Shown: one piece after another, positions 19,898 through 28,310 of the stretch
Numbering within the stretch: position 1 is the stretch's first letter
How the letters are laid out: the number at the start of each line of letters is the position of its first letter
Source of the DNA: Tortispora ganteri
Taxonomy: Eukaryota
Reading direction: 5' to 3'
Length of the DNA stretch: 64,000 nucleotides
NCBI GenBank assembly: GCA_003707115.1
Contig: PPNB01000025.1
Span: 1 to 64,000, forward strand
The notes under the pieces: generated by a model
Seen by the model: only the letters and a program-made list of their open reading frames with translations
Told to the model about the DNA's origin: nothing
Database searches by the model: none
Position numbers and translations under genes: made by a program

Positions 19898-22366
19898 TTA
19901 TCCGACAGTAATTACCTCATGAGATTCCGTTGTTCTTGCTGATTCAATCCCTGGATGGTCAGATGCTATTTCAACGGCATGAATCATACTCTCGGTATAT
20001 TGTCCAGCCCTCTCTGTTGAGCTCCAAGAGCCGTTTTCAACACTGCAATCAAGACGTTCTGCAATATTAACTGAACTAGTACTAAGCTCTTCAGGTTCAA
20101 CATTTTTGTCTTTTCCATGAACTATTTCTCCGCTAGCATTCGGCGACAGTTGTTCATTGACAGCTCTTTCATCCGACTCCTGTGCAGACACAAAATCAAG
20201 CGATGCATCATCAGTTACGCTTACTGAAGTATCTGTTGTATGATCTTCATTATTGATATTTTCTTGCACAAAGATAGCATCACATATCCCATTATTAGCA
20301 CCTTCAGTACTTTCATAATTCTCAGATGAGCCCACCGTTTCTGTTACTAGTTCATTCGCAAAACTAATCACTGATGAAACCGCAGCAGGTGTATCGTGCT
20401 CTATAATTTCGTTGGCCAACATTAATCCAAGATGGTATGATTTTGAAGAGGAAACTACAACAGTAGCTGATTTAATTTCTTGCTCGTGGCGCTCGCTAGA
20501 AAGTTCGTGACTAAAGAATGCCACATACTCCTGCGCATCATTAGAAGTTCTAAGGTCGCCACCATCGTTATTGACGCTAACGTCATCTTCATTATCTCTC
20601 TCAGATCTGTTATTGCGTCCAATTCTATTAAAAAAGCGGGTAGCAAGAGGGCGTATAGTCATCACGTTCTCAGATCCAGATTCTTCTACGGGCACCGCGT
20701 ATCGCGTTTTGTTCTCCAAAGTTTCTTCTGCAACCGGTATTGTTTTATTCAAACTTTCTTGGGACATAAAATCTGGCGGAGTACATGGCCTGCTTGAGGC
20801 AAGTGTCGTCAAAATGTCAGGAAAAGTTCCGCCAGGCCGCCATATCGGTGACCGCCTTTCGGCATAGCCATCGGTCAATCCTGGCGTACAGTTAACTGAG
20901 AAATCAGACATTCTTCTTTCCTGGCGGACTAGTCTCCTGGCGCGTATCCATTCACGCCTACGCTGGCTTTGATTCTTCAAATACCTGCCCATAGTCTGCT
21001 TAACTCGCCTTGTCACTCTGGCATACGGTTTAGCAAACGTAGATCGAAATTTAGTGCTAAATCTTCCTGGAGTGATTCTTGATCCATGACTTCTGGGCAA
21101 TGTGACAGATTTGCAACTTAATCCAGAATCGCGACTTGAAGGCAAGCTTTGGACGCATTTTTGATTGTTCAGTAGCGGGCCAGGGTCTGATATATAGGTA
21201 CCAAAACGAACAGCTTCGTTATAAGTAATAGAGTGTTCTTTGTTACTGGTACTATACCGGCGAAATGACTTGAAAAAACTCCTTACGCTTTCAGAGAATT
21301 TTCCGGTGCCAAATTTACTTTTAAAGAGCCCAGATGAATCCGGTATCGGCAGCGAGAGGAGCTGAGGGGAAGAACTATTTTGGGCCCGTTGCGTGACAGG
21401 GAATATTGAAGGTTGTGAGATATTTCGCTTTTCAGAAAAGATTTCAGATACGGTATAATTGAAAAGCTCTGAAGATGTTGCAATACCTGAATCGCTTGCT
21501 TTAACGGGATCCACGCGCGTGGGTGCTGGTACCGGAGGCGGTTGCGCAGGGGTTGCAGCAGAAGGAACTAAGAACAGTTGGTAAGATCCAACATGGCTCG
21601 ACTCAGAAGAGTGAGTAGATAAGGCCTCTAAATTTGCTGTAGGTATGCAATCAAAGCTGAGACTACCTAGTTCGTCTGTATAGAGAGCGTAAATGTAATT
21701 ATCATCCTGAAGGTCACTGGGCTCTTCAGAATCAAACTGCAGGGTTCCAATACAATCTGGAGTAGGATTTATAGAGGTTAAAAGACTATTTGAGTCGTTT
21801 TGGTAATTAGTATCAATGTAGGCGATGCTGGCGCGTGCCAGGTCCTTTATATCCTCGTCCAAATGGTCGACAGTCGGCTGCTCAAAGGCCGAGTGGTCTT
21901 CGGTAGAAAGTTTGGCAAGCATTTTTTCTGTACCTTCTGTCTCGTCATCCATAGCCATTAAAGCTTGACTTCTGAGACGAGAGAATGCTCTATGGTTCTG
22001 TACAGATTTCAGCGGGATGATAACTGTAGAGTCGTTAGATTGGCTGTCCGTGGGACTGTAGTTTTCCGAGTTCGAGTCTATGATGTAGTCGTCCACATCC
22101 TTGTACTCGTGATTCATATGATTATCAAAATTAATGTTTAGCCCCGAGAAGCAGCTCATGGGCAAGCTGAAACTGGCCTTATATGTAGGGTACTTGACGG
22201 CCATAGCAGAGGTATTGATATTGGTATTAGTATATGAGCGCGTATTGGTATCGGCATATGTGCGGGTGTTGGTATAGGTACTGGCGTCAGTATTGGTATC
22301 CTCATGCTCTTTCCCTTTAGTGTCTTTATATTTAGATCTCACAAGGCGTCCAGTTGAACGGAGCAT
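19898..22366 (-). CDS. Uncharacterised, largely disordered protein (about 820 aa)
   Basis: 2.5-kb open frame; first ATG (MLRSTG) at 22366. Acidic-basic-acidic blocks; no family recognised. Confidence 0.7.
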   Translation of the reverse strand: MLRSTGRLVRSKYKDTKGKEHEDTNTDASTYTNTRTYADTNTRSYTNTNINTSAMAVKYPTYKASFSLPMSCFSGLNINFDNHMNHEYKDVDDYIIDSNSENYSPTDSQSNDSTVIIPLKSVQNHRAFSRLRSQALMAMDDETEGTEKMLAKLSTEDHSAFEQPTVDHLDEDIKDLARASIAYIDTNYQNDSNSLLTSINPTPDCIGTLQFDSEEPSDLQDDNYIYALYTDELGSLSFDCIPTANLEALSTHSSESSHVGSYQLFLVPSAATPAQPPPVPAPTRVDPVKASDSGIATSSELFNYTVSEIFSEKRNISQPSIFPVTQRAQNSSSPQLLSLPIPDSSGLFKSKFGTGKFSESVRSFFKSFRRYSTSNKEHSITYNEAVRFGTYISDPGPLLNNQKCVQSLPSSRDSGLSCKSVTLPRSHGSRITPGRFSTKFRSTFAKPYARVTRRVKQTMGRYLKNQSQRRREWIRARRLVRQERRMSDFSVNCTPGLTDGYAERRSPIWRPGGTFPDILTTLASSRPCTPPDFMSQESLNKTIPVAEETLENKTRYAVPVEESGSENVMTIRPLATRFFNRIGRNNRSERDNEDDVSVNNDGGDLRTSNDAQEYVAFFSHELSSERHEQEIKSATVVVSSSKSYHLGLMLANEIIEHDTPAAVSSVISFANELVTETVGSSENYESTEGANNGICDAIFVQENINNEDHTTDTSVSVTDDASLDFVSAQESDERAVNEQLSPNASGEIVHGKDKNVEPEELSTSSVNIAERLDCSVENGSWSSTERAGQYTESMIHAVEIASDHPGIESARTTESHEVITVG

Positions 22367-22476
22367 AGTGTAGAAGGAAAGAACAGACGCATGAATGGAT
22401 GGAAGCAGGGCAAAGTATAAGCGGGTGGGACAAAAAGAAGCGAAAAGAGAGGCGCCCACCTTTCAACTCCTGCAAT

Positions 22477-22896
22477 ATGCTCGCAGTCATTCAGGCTGCA
22501 TCTCCTGTGCAGCTTATCCAGACTGCTATTGGGAGAGAAAAGTCATTGTTAATTGCAAATGGAGGTCTACTGATAATTATTGATGATGGATCATCATTGG
22601 ATTTAGGTACTCTTTTGCCCAACACCATGCGCAATCGGATCATTTGCAGCAAACTTCAAGCGAAACTCTGTGCATCCGTGAAGGAGGCTGCTGAAATAAT
22701 AGATACTTGCAATTTAAATGTCATTATTATATGGATAGCCTCCAAATATAGTCCTACAAATGTTGCGCTGATTGCCAGCAGCGCGGTAGAAGCAGTGAGT
22801 GAATCTATAAAAGTCTTTATAGGCCAACCTCCAAAGGCATTCCTAGCCAACTTAGACGTATATCGACATTGGTGCTATCGAGTCGAATGCGTATAG
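22477..22896 (+). CDS. Small hypothetical alpha/beta protein (139 aa from MLAVIQ)
   Basis: Fills the gap between two genes without overlapping either when started at ATG 22477; globular-looking composition. Confidence 0.5.
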   Translation: MLAVIQAASPVQLIQTAIGREKSLLIANGGLLIIIDDGSSLDLGTLLPNTMRNRIICSKLQAKLCASVKEAAEIIDTCNLNVIIIWIASKYSPTNVALIASSAVEAVSESIKVFIGQPPKAFLANLDVYRHWCYRVECV

Positions 22897-22901
22897 TGGA
22901 T

Positions 22902-24287
22902 TTAAACAGCCAATTGTCGTCCCACTTGTTTAATAAAATCAGAAGTCCAGTGTGCCAATTTTTCTGAATCTTCTTCAAATTTCCTGATCTCACTGTCAAT
23001 AAGTCGTTTCTGTGTTGCGATAAATTGCTCCCGGGTTTCAGCCGAGTCGACGAGTTTGTTCAATTCAGACGATTTCACACTTCTATCTGCTGAAAGCTTC
23101 GCGCTCTCTTCGTATAAAATACGTCGACGCTCATCTACTTCTTGTTTTTGCTGCGCTCTCTGCTCATTAACACGAGTAACCTTCTCTGCAATAGCTTGTA
23201 GTTGTCGCTCTATTCTATTCACGCTATGTTGTGAATCGTTCACTTCAGCTTTCAGGCGCTCCATCTTCTCTATCAGCTCAGCCCTTTGGACCATAACACG
23301 GCGCTCTTTCTCGGATTCCACGTTGCATTCCTCAAGGAACCTTATTGCGGTTCTCACGTCATTTTCAATATCTAATAACATATCCAGAGTCGCCGTCAAC
23401 GCCCGCATTTTACTTTCCATATTCTGAACTTGTATTTTCACTTCATTGATGGTTTGCTCCATCGCTTCATTACTTCCAGCTAAGTCCGGCTCTGCAGATT
23501 TGGCGTATTTCATTAATAATTGAACCTCGTTGGATAATATTGCAATTTCTGTTTCTGACTTTTTAAGGTTCTCAGCTAATTGAGCTCGATTATTACGGTG
23601 TTCTTGATACTCGACCGCAAGTCCTTCCTGTACTTTCTTCAAGTTAACTAGCTCCAACTCCAATTTGGTATTCCGTGCTGATACTTTCTCACTGCTTTGT
23701 AGATCGATTAGATGTTGCACTCTCGAGCTTTCTATTTCCTCTCTCAGCTGTTGGTTCTCTTTGTCCAGTTCTCCCAGCTCTGCTAATATATTATCCGCTT
23801 CGTTTATTTTCTCGCCGCACTCACTGAACCGTGATTCGCGGTAGCGCGCATAGTTTACTACTGCCGAAAGCTGTCGCCTTAAACGTGTGAATTCTGGTTG
23901 AACTATATCTCTCAATGCAAAATCATGGACACCACATGATTTTAAAAGTCTATAAATAGCGCGCACGAGCAGTAATTTTTCCTGCCTCAAAAGCATGTCT
24001 TCTACGTATTGGGGACCCTCTGGGCCATCGTATTCTGGACCATATACTTTGTTTGCTGAAGATATCAACGCCTCAAATGAAATATCTTCTTGCATGCTTG
24101 TAAACGCAAAAGCTACTTGCTTCCATAATGCAGTAACAGTATTCTGATTCGGTCTTGCTATTGCTTCTTCAGTCATGGATATGTTGCAACCGTCCAGACA
24201 TGCTATCAGTTCTTTAAGTTCCAATAATGGAAACAGATCCCTGGATGCACTGTGTGCCATAGTTCGACGCCTATCATTTGCGTACAT
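22902..24287 (-). CDS. NUF2: Kinetochore Ndc80-complex subunit Nuf2
   Basis: N-terminal CH domain (FPLL..ELIACL; GVHDFALRDIVQPE..RLRRQLSAVVNYARYRE) followed by a long coiled coil. Confidence 0.92.
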   Translation of the reverse strand: MYANDRRRTMAHSASRDLFPLLELKELIACLDGCNISMTEEAIARPNQNTVTALWKQVAFAFTSMQEDISFEALISSANKVYGPEYDGPEGPQYVEDMLLRQEKLLLVRAIYRLLKSCGVHDFALRDIVQPEFTRLRRQLSAVVNYARYRESRFSECGEKINEADNILAELGELDKENQQLREEIESSRVQHLIDLQSSEKVSARNTKLELELVNLKKVQEGLAVEYQEHRNNRAQLAENLKKSETEIAILSNEVQLLMKYAKSAEPDLAGSNEAMEQTINEVKIQVQNMESKMRALTATLDMLLDIENDVRTAIRFLEECNVESEKERRVMVQRAELIEKMERLKAEVNDSQHSVNRIERQLQAIAEKVTRVNEQRAQQKQEVDERRRILYEESAKLSADRSVKSSELNKLVDSAETREQFIATQKRLIDSEIRKFEEDSEKLAHWTSDFIKQVGRQLAV

Positions 24288-24330
24288 AGCTGAATAAGAT
24301 GAGGCTAACGTGAAGTAGAGGTTCGATAGT

Positions 24331-24729
24331 GGTGCGCTGGTTTTGTTTACATAAGCTAATAAACCTAACCCTGAACAATGATTGACAAAACAAAAACCAT
24401 AATATGAGTTGCTATGCGGAGGTAAAGCGGGTGAGGGGAGGGGGAAGGGTAAAACTATAAGGTTAATCAGTCACCTTTTTGAGCACCCTCTGTGGAGTGC
24501 ACGTTGCCCTTTTTTACTTTCTAACACTCGAGGGTGCTGCTGTTTTAATTTAGTGTGCTAAAGTAACTTAGCCATGCCGGAATTTTACCCGCTACGACAA
24601 CTCGTAACACAATGTGGAGACTGAAATGTAGCTCATGCGGTATCGGCAAATCCTCCCGATCGCAATCTGATATGAGATAAGCACACCGTCCCAAGATCAG
24701 ATATATGTGTGCAAAGTTTTTGGCTATCG
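24331..24729 (+). ncRNA. Candidate telomerase RNA core (template, pseudoknot, three-way junction); ends unknown
   Basis: AACCTAACCCTGAAC template-like tract plus hand-predicted helices in TER order (see findings). Not computationally verified. Confidence 0.45.
24343..24350 (-). promoter_or_regulatory. Forkhead-like site GTAAACAA upstream of NUF2
   Basis: Exact Fkh consensus about 60 bp upstream of the ATG of a mitotic gene. Confidence 0.35.
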
Positions 24730-25295
24730 ACAGTGTAATGAAATAACTTGGTACCACAGATGTTGGGGCCACATATAAGAAAGAAGCCTTTGTAAAAAAA
24801 TTCTGAGGCCGGAATGTTTGTAAAGTTTTATCTAACGTTAGCAGCGAAGGTTGAAATTTGTTAGAGCCGTGGATCCCGCCCATGACTCATTTATATCCCA
24901 AATAGACAATAGACTTTGCTAACCGATTTATATTATTGGTTACCTGTAAATAAAGTTCACACACTTTTTTAAGCTTAGGGATAAGGGTGTACTTAAATTG
25001 AAGCTATTCAGGCCAGTTCGATTCCTTCTGTGCTCTGTTGGTTTAGTTTGTATAAAAAGCCCAGGCGTACCTTCTTTCACTCTTCCTTCTCATTTTATCT
25101 TTCACCAGAACGCCTTTCAGAATTCTCAGAATTATATCCGCAAAATCAACTTAGCTTTGTGGACGACTGTCGTGAGAAGCTGATCCAATCCTGACTGTAG
25201 CGCGTCATTATAAACATCGCACAAAACGTCTTGACACCTCGTAATTCTATTCTTATTTCTTGACGCGCATCCATCTGTTTCCATCTTGTTTGAGT

Positions 25296-26402
25296 ATGCC
25301 TGTAAGTGAAACTAAATCGCATCTTAACTCGCGATATTTGCTACGATCTGCTGTAGGGGACGAGATAAGACAGTGTTTAGTTGCCAATTCAGCATCATGG
25401 GCCGGACCTCTCACTGAATCACAATACGTAGAGCGTGAAAGATTTCTTCACACTCAAGATATCTGCAAATCTCAGCATGAGTATCTTGTCCTTGTTAGTC
25501 TGGATGCTAATGAGATCGTGGGCGCGTGTGAAATCCTTGTCCGGCCAGGCTATTGGGTAGATCAAGATCCGCACGGTAATGATTTCGCCGTAGTTTTCGA
25601 TATTGATACCTTTAGCCTGGGTGCTGTTTTTGTTCCAAAGAAGCAGCGTGGAAAGGGAATAGCATCTGTGATGCTGAAATACGTGGAATCCACGTTACGC
25701 ACTAGAATGGGAAACTATGGAGGCGCTATATTGTACAGCGAAATAGGGCCAGATTACTATGAAAAATTTGGTTTCAAAACCGAAAGAAATGCCATTTATG
25801 TGGCTAATGCTATGAAATGGCCAGACTTCTTTTTTGAAGATGATTCATCTAATGCTCGTCCTTCTATGCTAAGAATCAATGATTTTACGCAATTAACTGC
25901 AAAGGAAGACAAGGAGCTGCAGAAATACATATTAGCGCGCTATCAGAACGATCCCATACATACACCAAGGTGGTGCGTATCTGTTTCTGCAGCTATTATT
26001 AACTGGCACACTGCGCGATCTGAATTTGTTGGCGGGATTTTACGGGAAGATGACCAACGTTCTGATAATTATGGTGCCCAAATTGGGGAGCAGTGGGTCG
26101 CTTGGATGCATGATTACGCCAGCCGCTCTATGTATATTTTGCATTTTGGTGGGTTTATGAATAAAGATATTACAGAAGAGCTGAAATCTCAAGCGATGGT
26201 TTTGGTGAAAAGTGCTATTGAGGAAGCCATGAAGTTCAACCTCGATAATGTCTATATATGGCCCGAATCTGGAAAAGCCAGTGTAATAAGATCACTGTTT
26301 CCCGAAGATGCCTTTACAGTAAGGAAAAATTCTGAATTAGGTGTCTTACCTGCCAGAAACGCCCTTTTTGAAGGGTCATGCGATCGATTGCCTTGGTTTT
26401 AA
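25296..26402 (+). CDS. GNAT N-acetyltransferase, lysine N6-acetyltransferase LYC1-like
   Basis: SWAGPLTESQYVERE, motif A VFVPKKQRGKGIAS, LYSEIGPDYYEKFGF. First ATG at 25296. Confidence 0.8.
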   Translation: MPVSETKSHLNSRYLLRSAVGDEIRQCLVANSASWAGPLTESQYVERERFLHTQDICKSQHEYLVLVSLDANEIVGACEILVRPGYWVDQDPHGNDFAVVFDIDTFSLGAVFVPKKQRGKGIASVMLKYVESTLRTRMGNYGGAILYSEIGPDYYEKFGFKTERNAIYVANAMKWPDFFFEDDSSNARPSMLRINDFTQLTAKEDKELQKYILARYQNDPIHTPRWCVSVSAAIINWHTARSEFVGGILREDDQRSDNYGAQIGEQWVAWMHDYASRSMYILHFGGFMNKDITEELKSQAMVLVKSAIEEAMKFNLDNVYIWPESGKASVIRSLFPEDAFTVRKNSELGVLPARNALFEGSCDRLPWF

Positions 26403-27487
26403 GAGACAGCGATGCAATCTCGATCTCTAACCAGCACAATAGGCATCCCCGTTCCTAGCTAAAGTTTGCTAAAGTTTGTTAGCCGTTTTAGGACTTAACA
26501 TTAACTAGCTAAATGATTACAGTATATAGCATTTATAATAATTCTCAACGCGATGTACATACGTAGAACGGTGTCGTAGGAGAGATTTTCCCATGCCAAG
26601 AAATCCCGTTGCACTTTAATCTTATTATGATTGAATACGCCAATCACACACTTTGCGTGCTGATAAAGGCAAAAGTGTGAAACCTAATTCTCTCGATTGA
26701 TACACTTTATCCGATATACAATACTTTAAACGCTAGGAGAATTATGCGAAAAGGGTTCTGCAATAGGCATGTTCAATATTGCTTTAAAGAAAAGTTTATG
26801 TCGCTTTCAAATGCTGCATGTGATAAAGGGTAGAAATGCGAGATATCCTCAATGTCTAATCTGAACGATGGTAGCCAATAAAATATACGTAGATAGTTTG
26901 CCGCAACTGCAAAACTTGGAGTACCTGATAATCATGTAAAGGTACAGACGTTTCGGGACATATTTAGGTAAATCATGATTATCAAAAACTTGATTGCATG
27001 CGTCAGTTTAAGCCAGTATTTATGAGAATGTCTAGGTCGAAATTAGAACCACTCAGGGGCGTTCTTAAAACCAGGTTATAAAGCTAAATCGATCCGCTAG
27101 GTTTCTTTTGTTGGCCTACTTCAAGACGCGCACACCTGCTGATAACTTAAAGTGCACATATAATTAACAGCCAAGTGTGTAATACCTTAAATATTCTCTG
27201 CACTTACCATTTTGTTTAGCAGACTTATCGTAGACCATCAAGAAAACAGTCGGATCGATCGCTGGGAATAGTACCAGCCTATATACCTCAACAGTATATC
27301 ATACAAACTGATTTTCCCTCAACAAAAAAGTTGCAAAGAACCCTACGTTTAAAAAAAGAACATCTAATAAATACAGTCAAGTGTTGCAACGCAATCCCTA
27401 TAATAATTCGCTATCATTGGCTCCCACTTAAGCTACTATGCCGCCATCTATAAAGGTAAAGTCAAAACTCAAAGTATGCGCGAACTA

Positions 27488-27507
27488 ATTACAACCTCTT
27501 TGATTGG
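27488..27507 (-). promoter_or_regulatory. Bipartite CCAAT-N12-RWT (CBC/HapX-type) site
   Basis: Minus strand CCAATcaaagaggttgtAAT, about 40 bp upstream of a TATA box in the SFU1/SreA promoter. Confidence 0.45.
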
Positions 27508-27545
27508 TTGGAATTATACCAAAACGAAATATAACGCTATCGTGG

Positions 27546-27553
27546 TATATAAA
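27546..27553 (+). promoter_or_regulatory. TATA box of the GATA-factor gene
   Basis: TATATAAA followed by a pyrimidine-rich, ATG-free leader up to 28311. Confidence 0.55.
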
Positions 27554-28310
27554 GTAAGGAGGTCAAACTATCAGAACTTCTTTTTGCTCTTCCAGTTTTT
27601 TTTATTTTTAACGGTTTATCTGTTTAATTTTTCTAGTATATTTTGACTTCAATAGGTCGATATCTATATACTATAGCTTAGCCTATTTAATAGCTTTTTG
27701 TCTGGACAGTAACGGCAAATACTTTGCTGTTTCCTTCTCACTCAGCCCTCTTTCTAAAGGTCTATCGCTTACACCTCGGTTGTCATCCTTTCTACTTCTT
27801 CTGGAAACCGTATAAGTTCTTTCATTTTTATCGCTGTTTTTTTTTTGCCTATCTGTCTAGCATTTGAAGATAATCGACCAGAGATTTGAATAGTTCAACG
27901 CTACCAGAACTGACACAGTCTCTGATTCGCAACTTGCCACATAATAGCTCGGTATAAGTAAATTATCACCTACCGCGTTTCTTATTTGCAATCTCATCTA
28001 CCTTATATTTTTCAGCATCTTCTTGATTTTTCTTCATATAGCTTGAGTATTCTGCACAGATACACGTGTTGCTTCGGTTCTCATAATCGCACTTCGATAT
28101 TAGTGACATCTGGTTATCATTCCTCGCCTAGCGACTTGAATAAAAAACTATTCGCCACTGTGGTTTATAACCCTTTTTCTTCCGTCGTTGTTTTTTGCTT
28201 AAGCTTTGCCCAACTCTTTATATTATTAAAGAAACCCGAAGTTTTCGCTTACTAGCTGTTCAAGAATAGGTTCTAACAGCTCATCGTCACAATCCTCAAA
28301 TCCATCAGAT

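Noticed and set aside
24545..24883. 112-aa minus-strand ORF in the NUF2-GNAT gap
   Set aside because: No recognisable protein features. It overlaps the structured + strand candidate and is retained only as an alternative explanation.
28271..28308. Possible 5'-UTR intron end (TTCTAAC...CAG) before SFU1
   Set aside because: No convincing donor, and the spacing differs from the supported introns. The ATG-free leader is explained without splicing.
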